A stretch of DNA of 64,000 nucleotides from Eledone cirrhosa (GCA_964016885.1 OZ024745.1:114142001-114206000); one strand, 5' to 3'. Positions 13,552-29,236 are shown, counted from the first letter of the stretch. Numbers and translations: made by a program. Notes: generated from the sequence alone by a model not told the origin.

Positions 13552-14002
13552 AAGAAATGGGAATTAGTTTGGAAGACATATTACAAGACATTGGTTGGCT
13601 AGTTGGTTTAAGGAGAAACAGTTTATGGAAAAGAATGAAAATATATAGAAATTGGCGACGGTGAATAATTGAGTAAACAAAAGGAAAGTTAAAGGTGGAG
13701 GGGGGAGTTTTAAAAAGAAAATATTATGAAAAGAAATGAAAAGAGGAAAAGCTGATAGCAAATGAATGAATGACTAAAATGAAACGAAAGAAAAAAAGAA
13801 ATTTAGAAAAAGAAAACGCTTAAAAAATACATTAAAAATATGAGAAGAAAGTCGAACAAAGTCACTGTTGATTATTGCCTAAGTTCTGTTCGGAAGATGT
13901 GGCAAATGAAATTTCATATCAATCAGAGTATCTTTCGATTTGTAAGTGATAAAACATAAGCTTGCAGGCACTGTGGCGACTTATTAAACCGATCACGTCT
14001 AT

Positions 14003-14036
<34 letters not shown>

Positions 14037-14440
14037 GCGTGTGATAAAAATAAAAATAAATAAATAAATAAGTAAAAAGAGCGTGTGGATGAGGAGGGAA
14101 GAGAAGGGAGTTATCAAGTTTATGCGAAGGGAAAAAGAGAGAAAAGAAATGGATGAATGGGGGTGGAGTGAGGTGGGTGACTAGTTTTAAAATATTTATA
14201 AAAAAAACAACAGCGTGTTTGTACTGTAGTTTGTATTCTTTATGACAGCCAAGTTGAAGAGTAGTGACTATAATTTAGGTGAAGACATGGTGATGTTGTT
14301 GATGATGATGATGATGATGATGATGATTATGATGATATTATTTGTATTATTTTTATTATTATTATTATTGTTATTATTATATCAAGCTTTCTTTTTATTT
14401 GCCACAAGGACGCCGATAATATAAAAATATAATGATGATG

Positions 14441-14482
<42 letters not shown>

Positions 14483-15434
14483 GTGGTGGTGGTGGTGGTG
14501 GTCTTGGTTATCGTGGAGGGTGAGTGGAGTGGAGATAGTGGGGCTGTTGATGTTATAATATAGCATCAATAGATATAGATACATAGATATAGAGAGAGAG
14601 GGAGAGAGAAGGTGTGTAACAGCGAGAGCGAGAGAAAAGGATCTAGGGAGAATAGTGTGTTGATCTGATTGAATGAATCAAAGAGGTACGTGCAAGAGAG
14701 AACACGAAACTAAACATGTCAATGAATGTAACAGCGTGGGTAATGGGGAGTGGGGAGTAAAATAGGCATCACAAAGGGAGAGACAGAAGCAGAGAGAAAA
14801 CAGAGAAAGGGAGAAACAAAAAGAGAGGAATGAAGATAGATTCTATAGTTACGGGCGGGGGTGGTGGTGGGTCTCAGCTCAAACTGTTTTGATACGCACA
14901 CGTGCCGTTCACAGTTGCCTTAATCAATTAGATATTAACACAAGCCTCTTTCTCGGTGGTTAATTGGCACTTGCAACGTTAGAAGAGATAGGAAGTTAAT
15001 GTCATGGCTGCAAGGTAGAGTGAGTGGGAAATAAAACGAAAGGAAGAAAAAAATAAAGGAGTAGCAAATAAGGAAGGGGTTAGATGAAGTGTCAGTAGTG
15101 AGAGAAGTGGTGACAGTAGTTGGATCAGTGGGTAGAAGAAGGTAGCAGTTAAAAAGGAATACAAAGGTGTTTCTGAAGTGTTCACCGTCACCCAAGTGCC
15201 ACCTTAAGAGAGGTCCCGTGGCTTAATATCAATAGCAGAAGTCACAGGCAATTACCGATTTTACTTTCACTTTGGTGTCACACTTGGGACTAATCAAATC
15301 GACTCGTAAATATGCAAATACTGTGAAGCCCACACGTATATATAAATATATATACTATATATATATATTATATATTTATATATTATATATATATATATGT
15401 ATATACATATATATAATATATACATAATATATAT

Positions 15435-15538
<104 letters not shown>

Positions 15539-15539
15539 G

Positions 15540-15621
<82 letters not shown>

Positions 15622-15629
15622 TGTGTGTG

Positions 15630-16290
15630 AATTCACAAGAATCAAAGCTATGTTCAAAACATTTATTCACTTACAATTGTTTCTTCCAAACCTAGGCTTG
15701 GAGTCTTCGGAGCAATTTTTAATGCTTGTACATATAATTGACTTCCCAGTCAATGCAAGAGACATACAGATACATATATATATATATTGATGTACAGTGT
15801 AGAGCGGCATACATTATACTATACCATATTTGTATAGTAATTCAAATTAAAATCAAAATTAAAATTAAAATACATGCGATAGATAACACAGATAATGCAA
15901 GAGGATAGTTCAATAATCAGATCTAGTAGATAGTGTATGCGTTAGTCATACATGGGGCATGCAAATGTGTATCATTTATATAAGAGTATTGTGTGGCAAG
16001 GTATTACATGTAATACAAGCACTTTAAGCGGGTAAGCAAGAGTATTATGGTGGTTGCAGTGGGGGTGGGGGTATTTTTTGTACAGATCAAATTAGTATGT
16101 GTGCAGAAAAAGAAAGTTATAGTTTTCACATTCATCACATATGTTACGATGTATTCGTATTGAATGTTTGTTGTTGTAGTAAAGGATTGTAACGTATTGA
16201 AGCTCAGTGATATATAATCCATATTTAAATGCGAGAATTTACAGCGGTTTAATATCCGGAAGTAGGTATGTAATTACATACCTACTTTAT
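15630..16290 (-). mobile_element. Non-coding repeat ending in a hammerhead motif (Penelope-like remnant), homologous to 33087-33780
   Basis: Colinear shared blocks (ATCAAAG.TATGTTCAAA, TACAAGCACTTTAAGCG, GGTTTAAT.TCCGGAAGT); bounded by microsatellites. Confidence 0.7.
15667..15715 (-). ncRNA. Type I hammerhead motif (CCGAAGA variant)
   Basis: TTGCT-CCGAAGA-CTCCAAG..TTTGGAA-GAAAC-AATT-GTA-AGTGA. Confidence 0.65.
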
Positions 16291-16323
16291 GGTTTAAAAT
16301 ATACATAGCTATAAATAGTATCC

Positions 16324-16371
<48 letters not shown>

Positions 16372-16423
16372 TACATATATATATAACATATATATAGAGT
16401 ATATATATATATAAATGTATATA

Positions 16424-16917
16424 TATATAACTGAACAAAAAGGAAAAACGAACACAGACATATATATATATGTGTTCAAATCGTAATGGACCAAAATCGC
16501 TAAGGTGAAAAAAATACTAACTACAGGTTTGCTAGACTCAATTTAAGAATAAATTAAGAAAAATAAATACAAACCAGTATTGTGGTAACTACCATCACCC
16601 AGACGGTCTTTGATAGAAACGTTTCGCAATATTATTTGTGAAAAAGTATACCAAATTCCATGCTCATCACCCACTGATGTGCATGGAATTTGGTATACTT
16701 CTTCACAAATAATATTGCGAAACGGTTCTATCAAAGACCGCCTGGGTTATGGTAGTTACCACAATACTGGTTTGGATTTATTTTTCTTAATTTATTCTTA
16801 AATTGAGTCTAGCAAACCTGTAAGTATTTTTTTCACCTTAGCGATTTTGGTCCATTACGATTTGAACACATACATATATATGTTTGTGTTCGTTTTTCCT
16901 TTTTGTTCAGTTATATA
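16424..16917. mobile_element. About 490-bp foldback element centred on a hammerhead core
   Basis: Inverted arms of about 245 bp meeting at CATCA-CCCAC-TGATG. Confidence 0.9.
16669..16747 (+). ncRNA. Type I hammerhead motif (point-mutated; intact in the two-arm consensus)
   Basis: ACCCA-CTGATGT-GCA..TGC-GAAAC-GGTTCT..AGACC-GCC-TGGGT; the opposite arm keeps TGATGA and GTC. Confidence 0.8.
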
Positions 16918-16944
16918 CGGCTCAGAAAAATCTTTTTCCTAGAA

Positions 16945-17144
16945 NNNNNNNNNNNNNNNNNNNNNNNNNNNNNNNNNNNNNNNNNNNNNNNNNNNNNNNN
17001 NNNNNNNNNNNNNNNNNNNNNNNNNNNNNNNNNNNNNNNNNNNNNNNNNNNNNNNNNNNNNNNNNNNNNNNNNNNNNNNNNNNNNNNNNNNNNNNNNNNN
17101 NNNNNNNNNNNNNNNNNNNNNNNNNNNNNNNNNNNNNNNNNNNN
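16945..17144. other. Assembly gap (200 N)
   Basis: Run of N. Confidence 1.
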
Positions 17145-17227
17145 GCGATCGTTTGTTTTTTTTACTTTATCATCAACAATAAAAGAAATACTAATGTTAG
17201 TGCCATAAAACGACAGTAATAGCCATT

Positions 17228-18392
17228 CTACCAACAACCACCAACGCCCTCACATTTACCACCACCAACGCTATCACAGTTACCACCACCAACGCCCTCA
17301 CATTTACCACCACCAACGCCATCACAGTTACCACCACCAACGCCCTCACATTTACCACCACCAACGCATATCACATTTACCACCACCAACGCCATCACAT
17401 TTACCACCACCAACGCCCTCATATTTACCACCACCAACGCTATCACATTTACCACCACCAACGCTATAACATTTACCACCACCAACGCCATCACAGTTAC
17501 CACCACCAACGCCATCATAGTTACCACCACCAACGCCATCACAGTTACCACCACCAACGCCATCACAGTTACCACCACCAACGCTATAACATTTACCACC
17601 ACCAACGCCCTCATATTTACCACCACCAACGCCATCACATTTACCACCACCAACGCCATCACATTTACCACCACCAACGCCATCACATTTACCACCACCA
17701 ACGCCATCACATTTACCACCACCGAACGCCCTCATATTTACCACCACCAACGCTATCACATTTACCACCACCAACGCCATCACATTTACCACCACCCAAC
17801 GCTATAACATTTACCACCACCAACGCCCTCATATTTACCACCACCAACGCCATCACATTTACCACCACCAACGCCATCACATTTACCACCACCAACGCTA
17901 TAACATTTACCACCACCAACGCCCTCATATTTACCACCACCAACGCCATCACATTTACCACCACCAACGCCATCACATTTACCACCACCAACGCCATCAC
18001 ATTTACCACCACCAACGCTATAACATTTACCACCACCCACGCCCTCATATTTACCACCACCAACGCCATCACATTTACCACCACCAACGCCCTCATATTT
18101 ACCACCACCAACGCCCTCATATTTACCACCACCAACGCCCTCATATTTACCACCCACCAACGCTATCACATTTACCACCACCAACGCTATAACATTTACC
18201 ACCACCAACGCCCTCATATTTACCACCACCAACGCTATCACATTTACCACCACCAACGCCCTCATATTTACCACCACCAACGCTATCACATTTACCACCA
18301 CCAACGCTATAACATTTACCACCACCAACGCCCTCATATTTACCACCACCAACGCTATCACATTTACCACCACCGACGCCATCACGGTTACC
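17228..18392. repeat. 24-bp minisatellite (TTTACCACCACCAACGCCATCACA and variants)
   Basis: About 48 tandem units with a few recurring variants. Confidence 0.97.
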
Positions 18393-19791
18393 ACAACTAA
18401 TAATACCCCCAGACATACACTACATTACTATAACAATGGCCACTACAACCAACATCAGTCCCACTAACACCATCACCAATAATACCTCCCACTACAACTA
18501 TCACAACGACCACTACAACCAACATCAGAACCACCAACACCATCACCACTACAACCACCCCCACCACAACCATCACCAATAATACCTCCCACTACAACTA
18601 TCACAGCCACCACCACCAATAGTACCTCCCACTACAACTATCACAGCCGCCACCACCACCAATAGTGTCCTCCCACTACAACTATCAGAACGACCACTAC
18701 AACCAACATCAGAACCACCAACACCATCGCCACTGATACCTCCCACTGCAACTACACAACGACCACCATCACCACCACCATCACCACCAATGATACCTCC
18801 CACTACTACTATCACAACAACCACCACTACCACCACCACTGCAACCACCACCACCACAACCACAATTACAACCACCACTATCAATAATACCTCCCACTAT
18901 AACCACCACTACAACCACCACAACTACCACTACAACTACCACCATCAGCACAACCACCACTACAACCACCGCCACCACCACCACAACCACCACTACAACC
19001 ACCATCACAACCACAACTACCACTACAACTACCACCATCAGCACAACCACCACTACAACCACCACCTCCACCACCACTACAACCACCACCACCACCACAA
19101 CAACCACCTACAACCACATCACTACCACCCCGGCACCACTACAACCCCACTACAACCACCAACACAACCACCACCACTACCACCACCACCACCACCACCA
19201 CAACCACCACCACTACCACCACCACCACCACCACCCACCACCACCACAACCACCACCACCACTACAACCACCACCACTACAACCACCACCACCACCACCA
19301 CCACAACCACCACCACCACCACTACAACACCACCACCACCACTACAACCACCACACTACAACCACCACCACCACTACAACCACCACTACAACCATCACCA
19401 CCACTACAACCACCACCACCACTACAACCACCACCACCACCACCACCACCACCACCACCACTACAACCACCACCACCCACTACAACCACCACCACCACTA
19501 CAACCACCACCACCACTACAACCACCACCACTACTACAACCACCACCACCACTACAACCACCACTACAACCACCACCACCACTACTACCCACCACCACCA
19601 CTACAACCACCACCACCACTACAACCACCACCACCACCACTACTACAACCACCACCACCACTACAAACACCACCACCACCACTACAACCACCACCACCAC
19701 CACCACCACTACAACCACCGCCACTACTACCACACCACCACCACTACAACCACCACCACCACTACAACCACCACCACCACTACCACCACCT
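18393..19791. repeat. Degenerate (ACC/ACA/ACT)n low-complexity tract
   Basis: Directly visible triplet repeats. Confidence 0.95.
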
Positions 19792-19989
19792 AAGAATACT
19801 CACAAATGAAAGATATTCTGATATTTCGTCTAGTGTTATTTTTCTTCTCATTCAGAATATTTCATTAATTCTACTTCTAATTGTATTGAATTTCTATTTT
19901 CGAACAACTTTTCCTCGTACGTACAGTACAGATAACCTAGCATGATATATAAACAAATATTACCACATACTCACACAGAGATGCTATTA

Positions 19990-19998
19990 TGTATATAT

Positions 19999-20064
<66 letters not shown>

Positions 20065-20259
20065 TGTAAATATGTATATATTTATATATGTATATATATG
20101 TATATATATATATATATGTAATTATATATATATGTATATATATATGTATATATATGTATATATATATATATATGTGTGTGTGTGTATACATATATATATA
20201 CATATATATATGTATATATACACACATATATATATACGTATATATACGTATATATGTAC

Positions 20260-20316
<57 letters not shown>

Positions 20317-20631
20317 ATATATATATATATATGTTATATTTACATGTATTATACATGTATATACATGTATATATACATGTATATATATATATATACATGT
20401 ATATATATATGTATATATACACATATATATACGTATAAATGTACGTATATGTACATATATATATATATATATACATACACATTTACATATACATATATAT
20501 ATATGTACGTATATGAACATATATACGTATATATATATATACACATATACATACGTATATATGTACATATATGTACATATATATATGTATATATACATAT
20601 ATATATGTGTATATATATGTATATATAATAC

Positions 20632-20703
<72 letters not shown>

Positions 20704-20943
20704 GCATACACACACATATATAAAGATATACGTGCAGATACTTATATATTTTGTGCATGTATCTAAATTATATATGTGCATTATATATGAATGCTTCTAT
20801 ATCTTTTTATCTATCAAATCATATGGAGAGAGATATACAATGACAACCAATTGTCTTTATATACATTTATACTCACACATTCACACACTCTATTACCATC
20901 AAAACAGACATGTAAACATCTTTCTAGCCAACAAACTTGACCT

Positions 20944-21027
<84 letters not shown>

Positions 21028-21048
21028 TCTCTCTCTTCTCACTCTCCT

Positions 21049-21096
<48 letters not shown>

Positions 21097-21100
21097 ATAT
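19990..21100. repeat. Compound (TA)n/(CT)n microsatellite block
   Basis: Directly visible. Confidence 0.9.
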
Positions 21101-21294
21101 CTTCTTCACTTTTCGTTGCTTCACCATTTTGTTTGTTTACCCTCGCGTCCCCTTTATTTACGTGTCCCAGCGACTTTTTTTTAGCCGTTGCTCGCACCAA
21201 CCGGAGGTATATGGTCTTTAAAGCGATGAAATACCAATGATGGTTGGAAGATCACTGATGAAGGACTAACTTTATTCATATATATATATATTTA

Positions 21295-21355
<61 letters not shown>

Positions 21356-21400
21356 TATATATATATGTATATATGTATATATATATATATATTTATATAC

Positions 21401-21432
<32 letters not shown>

Positions 21433-21492
21433 ATATAAATATATATATATATATATATATTTATTTTATTATGTATGCATATATATATATAT

Positions 21493-21676
21493 AGGAAAAG
21501 GTATGACCCCGACGGTAGAGATCTTCCGTTTCGACGGCTATTTCTGGAAATAGCCGTCGAAACGGAAGAGCTCTACCGTCGGGGTCATACCTTTTCTTAT
21601 TACCCACTCTACTACCCTAAGTATTGAGTACTCTGTTGCGTTATGGGCCATCTGGTTCCTTACCACAATTCCTTTG

Positions 21677-21680
<4 letters not shown>
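21493..21680 (+). mobile_element. (TA)n-flanked foldback element with a hammerhead 3' half (GACCCCGACGG family)
   Basis: Palindrome at 21493-21598 plus tail ATTACCCACTCTACTACCCTAAG; related copies at 23300, 32930, 38843 and 46582. Confidence 0.85.
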
Positions 21681-21725
<45 letters not shown>

Positions 21726-21925
21726 TAAAAGGAAAAGAAAAATGCTGACAAATTTTTCCCAGTGAAAAATAGTTTAATTAGGAATAAGTATAAATTAGTA
21801 ATGGTTAGTATTGGTTAGTATTCAGTTTTAGTTTTAAGTTTTTACCGGTTGCGCATTTCTAATGCTTTTCAAAAATAATTTTGAGATAGAGCGCTCGTGA
21901 TGTTTGCTTTAATCTGTATGTATAT

Positions 21926-22018
<93 letters not shown>

Positions 22019-22081
22019 GCATACCCATGTTATGGAAATGTTGCGTATTTGAAAATATTGCCGAAATGCGAAACATTTTCT

Positions 22082-22457
22082 CATTGATTTTCATGTTACT
22101 CATTGAAACAAACAAACAAAAAACAAGAAATTACATTAGAGAATACAGGAGAATTGTAATATCGTTCTCAATGCGAAATATGTTGAATGCTGTGAGAGGT
22201 GAGATGGTGTGTAATGGAGATAACTGAGATGATGAGGGAGAGTATCTTCTATTTTAGTCCATCATTATCATTGATTTTCATGTTACTCATTGAAACAAAC
22301 AAACAAAAAACAAGAAATTACATTAGAGAATACAGGAGAATTGTAATATCGTTCTCAATACGAAATATGTTGAATGCTGTGAGAGGTGAGATGGTGTAAT
22401 GGAGATAACCTGAGATGATGAGGGAGAGTATCTTCTATTTTAGTCCATCATTATCAT
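22082..22457. repeat. Tandem duplication of an about 187-bp unit
   Basis: Near-identical units starting CATTGATTTTCATGTTACTC at 22082 and 22269. Confidence 0.95.
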
Positions 22458-22649
22458 TATCTGCATGAAGGATGTAAGACCTATCCAATGTTGTTTGACA
22501 TTTATGGTGTATCATCACTTTGCACAACTGAACACAATCATGATGTTTTATTGTAATTTCTGTTGTGATCACGACTAAGATTCTTATCAGTAAAACTTGT
22601 AGACTTTTCTCTATAAGTGCTAACGTTTTTACAATATTGTCTTCATGGC

Positions 22650-23033
22650 CGTGATTGGCAGTATCGTGGAACAGTATCGGACATGCTATTACGGACCTGT
22701 ACGATCTGAGTTCAAATCTTGCCGAGGTTAACTTTGCCCTTCATCCTTACGGGATCGATAAAAGTACCAGTAATGCACTGAAGTCGATTAAATCGACCCC
22801 CGCCTTGTGCCTAAATAAGAAACCAATATTATCTTCATAAATTGGGCGGTGAATTGGCAGTATCGGGAGAGAGTCGGACGCCATGCTTTCCAGCATAGTT
22901 ACGTCCCTTTACGGACTGAGTTCAAATTCCGCCGAGGTTAACTTTGCCTTTCATCATTACGGGGTCGATAAAATAAAGTACCAGTAATACACTGGAGTAA
23001 TTGCTGGCCTTGTGCCAAATGTAGAAACAATTA
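22650..23033 (+). mobile_element. Two tandem SINE family A copies
   Basis: Diverged copy at 22650-22830; full copy at 22843-23033 flanked by TTATCTTCATAAA duplication. Confidence 0.88.
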
Positions 23034-23572
23034 TCTTCATAAACTGTGTATACAAGTCCTCGACACAGAGAATTCTTCATGGAAGTTCTTATACAAATCT
23101 TTCAATAATCTTTCCTATAAAAGATCATTTTAACTTTGAATGGTGCTTTTAAGTAACTATTATAGATTTCTTTCTGTGTATATAAGAAATCAATGACCAT
23201 ATTAGGAAACTTCAAACAACATAAGCATAGTGTTTCAGATACCCTGATGAGGGACTTTAATAGTCTAGTCTTTAAATACGCACGCACACATATATACATA
23301 GCTGTCGAAACGGCCGGAGCTCAGCCGTCGAAGGTCCTGACTCTTTTCCTATATATATATATATATATATATATACTAGTAGTAGTAACATTGGCAACAG
23401 ATACAAGTTTCGACTTCTACCAAGAGTACCATTCGGGGGTCACAGTTTGGTAGCATTGGGACACAAACGCAAGACCAAGACCATAGAAGAGATATTGCGG
23501 TAAATCTAGTAAGCACCTGGACAAGGGAGGGAGAGGGGCAGCAGTGTGTCTCCCTACACACACATATACATA

Positions 23573-23626
<54 letters not shown>

Positions 23627-23661
23627 TACACTTATATATACATATATACACTTATATATAC

Positions 23662-23714
<53 letters not shown>

Positions 23715-23762
23715 TTATATATACACATATATATATATATATATATATATACACTTATATAT

Positions 23763-23798
<36 letters not shown>

Positions 23799-23799
23799 T

Positions 23800-23835
<36 letters not shown>

Positions 23836-24046
23836 CACTTATATATACATATATATATGTATATACATATATGAAAATGTGAGTTCGCGTGTAGGTATAT
23901 TTGCGTTTGCGTGTTTATATTGACTTTGAGTTCAAGAAAAATATTTCACTTTTTTTTGTCTCTAAATAGCTCATTATACAAATTTTTAGAAAAGAAAAAA
24001 AATGTTTCTTGAAGTATATTGTTAATGAAGAGTGAGTTGCGGCTGT

Positions 24047-24270
24047 AGAAGAAGAAGAAGAAGAAGAAGAAGAAGAAGAAGAAGAAGAAGAAGAAGAAGA
24101 AGAAGAAGAAGAAGAAGAAGAAGAAGAAGAAGAAGAAGAAGAAGAAGAAGAAGAAGAAGAAGAAGAAGAAGAAGAAGAAGAAGAAGAAGAAGGAGGAGGA
24201 GGAGGGGGAGAAGAAGAAGAAGAAGAAGAAGAAGAAGAAGAAGAAGAAGAAGAAGAAGAAGAAGAAGAAG

Positions 24271-24300
<30 letters not shown>
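24047..24300. repeat. (GAA)n microsatellite
   Basis: Directly visible; a second tract lies at 27805-27928. Confidence 0.98.
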
Positions 24301-24302
<2 letters not shown>

Positions 24303-25706
24303 TGTGGAGGAGGAGAGAAGAAAAGTGAGGGAAGACGAAGAAAAGAAAAATACCAGAAAACATTGAGCTGAAGAAAAGTTATAGAGATTGTCACGAATTA
24401 CAAGTGCAAATCTTTTATGTTTTCTTCATACACTTTTCTATACAAGTTGAAACCAAAGTGGAATTCATCAACATAAACATTTGCAACAGTTTAATATAGA
24501 TTTATAACATAGTCACACAGACTCATATACTGATGGCAGTAGCATTAAGGAGGTGGGAAGGCAATGATGTGTAATCGATTTAAACGTTACATGTACTTGA
24601 CTGGATTTATGGTAACTTTAACTTCAGCGAGGTTTGAACACACTACGTAAATATACGTAACAATACCTCTTCTAAATCCTCACTCCCATAATGTTTTATC
24701 AACAAAGGCACATGGGTAGTAATCTCGGAGGAGTAGAGAGTCGGTTATATTAACCCCAGTTCTGAACTGCTACTAAGTTCGGGTGTTGGACGTGTAAAAG
24801 TCAATCTTACAAAATAGAAATATTTAAACGATGTAGATTTTGTGTGTGACTGTGGCATCGAACCACAGCCTATGCAACACCTCCTGATATGTCACCTGCT
24901 GTAACAAACCTGCACAGCATTCGATTTGGCAGCGTTTAATGAGTAAGGACAGCAATGTGTTCAGCTGTGGCAGAACCATATCTAGCCAAGCTTTGTAACT
25001 GACACGCTTATGGACACAAGAAGAAGATTTAATCGACCAATGAAGAATGAAAAACAAAGTTGACCTGAAATCCGGAAGACATACTACAAAATCTTCATTC
25101 AACGCCCTAACAATTCTGAAAATCCACCATCCTCTTTTATTCCCATGATTATGATAATCATTATTTCAAATTTAGGCTAGCAATTTAGAAGAAGGGAAAC
25201 AAACGTTGATTAAATAGTCCGCAGTACTTGCATTCAGCTTCCTTTGTTGAAAGTTTGAGGAATTGATTTGCTTGTCGATCTTCACTAGGTTGAAATGTAT
25301 TTTTATTTTTCTATGAGTAAGTGCGGGATTTATGAGGAAGAACACCAATATACAGAAATAAGACTTGTGGTGGGGTGTAACCGAACCACGAGGAACACAA
25401 ATGCACAATACGGGTTGGGGAAAGCCCTGTCAGCGTGCGATATGATGCAATCTAACAGGAGGTTTTTTTATCCAAGAAAGAAAACGAGAAGGGTTAACAG
25501 GTAGATTATGAACAGTAACAATGTACAAACCGAATTTCTCTCAAAAGTTGTGTACGATTTAATGAAGCAAGACGGCCTGTTATAGAAACTGTACTATCAA
25601 TCAGTAACACTACTTAAATGTATCTACTTATCAATATCAAATTGTATGAAATGTTACTTCACGACGTTAATATATATTCCCACCACTCCTTTTATTTAGT
25701 AAGATA

Positions 25707-26090
25707 CTAGCAGAATGGCCCGGCGTTGCTCAGGATTCTAAACATAGATTGGCATGTTTATCCCTCCTTTCTGAAATAGTTTCGTCGTATGTTCACCAAT
25801 TCATGCAGAAGTCCTAATAAAAAGTGAAGTCGCCTTGGGTGAATAGGCAAATAATTTTCCATTAAGATTTTTCAAAACCATGTAATTGCGTTCCCTCTCT
25901 TTTTTGTTGTTGTTTTTGCTGCTGTTGGTGTGATAGCAGCCGTTGGTCGTACTACTAACACAGTCTCGTCCTTCTTCAGCCAATCGTTTATATCCCCTTC
26001 TGTCTCGTCAGCAATGAGAACAATATTTGCTCTACGTTCTTATCGATCCTCGTGAAATAAATACGTTTGTTTATATTTTGTTATTGTGTA
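25707..26090 (-). mobile_element. Non-autonomous Helitron, 3' portion
   Basis: CTAG-CAGAATGGCCCGGCGTTGCTC terminus identical to 36504; shared internal block CCTCGTGAAATAAATACGTTTG. The distal boundary is uncertain. Confidence 0.7.
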
Positions 26091-28449
26091 TCATAAATTT
26101 TTTTTATGAAACTGATGCCGTTCACAGATAAGTCTTCTATGATGTAAGACTAGCTATTCCGCAAAGGAGACCGAAAATTAGAACATGTTAAAACTCGCTA
26201 AGAATTTATTGCAGTCTCTTGTTTCAAAGACGCTTTCTTATTTCAAAGACGCTTTCCTATATAAATGATTTCTAACTTTGACATTTCGCCGCAATTTTGT
26301 ATGCAGGTTGTGTAATATATTTAATTTTGACCCCTTTTGACCAGTTTTACTAGTTCCCGAGTGTAGCCTGGACAAGGATGGAGTTCTGCTGCCGTTCTAT
26401 GACAAGTTTCTGGAGAATAAAAGAGTTTAATTATCTCCATCCTCATGTGTCACTTGTTGTAATGTAGGTTCATATAAAATTTTACGTAATAAAATATTTA
26501 CATCTTGTTGGACTTCTACTTCATACAGATCCTTTATCATGTGGGGGGAGATTTAAAAGTTGTAGTAAAAGCTAATGCAGTATATGGTCCTAACACAAGA
26601 CATTTGAATCTTTGAAACAGCAGAATACATTAATAGCAATTATTTGTTCGACATTGGAAATATAAGAAACACAGTCATAACTGAAACATAGTTGGTCGCA
26701 TGTTTGCTGGCCAAGACCGACCAGGGACTAACAACAACATCAAAAATATCATACATTATTAATAATTTTAAGAGGGTAGTGGTTTGGCAGAATGGGTAGA
26801 GCGTATAATAAAATGCATTGCTGTATTTAGCTCTGAAATTTTACATTCTGAGTTCAAATCCTGTGCAAGCCAATTTTCCCTTCCACTCTTCCGACATTGG
26901 CAAAATATAAAATAACGTACCAGTCAAGTAGTCGGTCTATATACTCACTTTCTCTTCCCTAAAACCTCTGGCCTATTAATAATTGTTTCTACTTTTGGCA
27001 CAAGGCAAGCTATTATCTCAGTGTATTACTGGTACTTTATTTTATCGACCCCCTAAGGCTCTGGCCTTATTAATAATGGTATGAATGCTACTCGAATTTC
27101 CCTTCCCTTCCACTGTAAATAACAAAACATCGTTGTACCTCCACAGTGCTTTGCCTGTTGCTCATATAGAATTAATTAGTGCTATCTTTTCTATTAGACA
27201 ACGATGAAATGATAGTATAGCCATGGTAAAGAATTCCAGTCATGAAACAAACTTTAATGGGATGAACAGACAACAACCGTAAAACCTGATCTAATACTCT
27301 CTTTCTCCTCTCTCTGTCTATCTCTATCCATCTCTCACTCTTTCTATATACACGTGTGCGTGTATATATATCTATATATGTATATACAGACACACACACA
27401 AATATATATATATATATATATATAGATGTATATACATGTACATATGTATATATATATATGTGTGTGTGTAGTGTGTGTATATATGTATATATGTGTGTGT
27501 ATGTATGTATATGTACACACAACTCGTTCTGTCTATCAAAGTTAAAGTCAAACCTCTTACAGACATATCATCATAGCATGTGTTGTTGTTATTCTGTTTA
27601 GTTAGTTTTCGCTTTGTTTGTGTGTTTTTTTACCCTTCAGATATTGTTGTATTACGCAGATTATAGAAATACGAATTTGGCTCCCTAGAAAACGAGGAAA
27701 TAATGAGTTTAGGGTGCAACGATGCTGGCTGTATTGAGAGGTATTCATTATCAATCCTGAACAGGGTTCTATTGTACGTAATATTATGTTGAGGCTGTAG
27801 TTAAAGAAGAAGAAGAAGAAGAAGAAGAAGAAGAAGAAGAAGAAGAAGAAGAAGAAGAAGAAGAAGAAGAAGAAGAAGAAGAAGAAGAAGAAGAAGAAGA
27901 AGAAGAAGAAGAAGAAGAAGAAGAAGAAAATAGGATAGAAGCCTAAGTCTAGTAGAGCCCACCGGATCGAGTTAAAGGATTTATCTAAAACACACAGTTA
28001 TCTTTTTCCTCCCTGTATTTATTTATTTATTTATTAGTTTGTTTGTTTTTCATTTATTTCTAACGTAACTCTATTCTCAGTCTTCTATTCATTTATCAAG
28101 TTTTGAGGTGATTTTCAGAGAAAGAAATCCCTTCTCAGTCACTTACAGCCTCTGTGCCCACCACCAGTTATTAAGAATCAGTAGAGGATTGGTATTAATC
28201 AGCCTCAATATTCTCCTTGGACTTCACAATACAGATATTATTGTCCGGCGTCCACCAACGCCCTCTACAGTCAGTCGCTATAGGCTTTTTTTCTGGCAAC
28301 ATCCTCTGAGGATAAGAGGAAATAGTCACTTATTTATCAATGTCACATTATTTATCGTTCAATTTCCTTTACCCCCACCGCACTATTTTCTATGTCTCTC
28401 ATTCTATCATTTTATCGTCTTTCCTTACTCAAATTGTTTTCCTAGCAAT

Positions 28450-29236
<787 letters not shown>

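Noticed and set aside
15312-15319. Octamer ATGCAAAT sites (also near 15959, 39498 and 62437) as snRNA-type promoters
   Set aside because: No snRNA gene or PSE recognised; an AT-rich 8-mer is expected by chance several times in 64 kb.
17228-18416. GGGKCDGV / VVVNVMAL repeat ORFs as a structural protein, or the array as a CRISPR
   Set aside because: The frame is broken repeatedly by indels; the units are head-to-tail with no unique spacers; the context is eukaryotic.
18790-19809. 339-aa Pro/His/Thr-rich ORF (extensin- or mucin-like)
   Set aside because: ACC/ACA/ACT triplet repeats are stop-poor on this strand, and the reading register wanders between frames.
21250-21280. Lone CTGATGA/CTGAAGA cores (also near 8200 minus, 23245 and 61207)
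   Set aside because: No correctly placed GAAA-stem III-NUH-stem I downstream, so they are not called as ribozymes.
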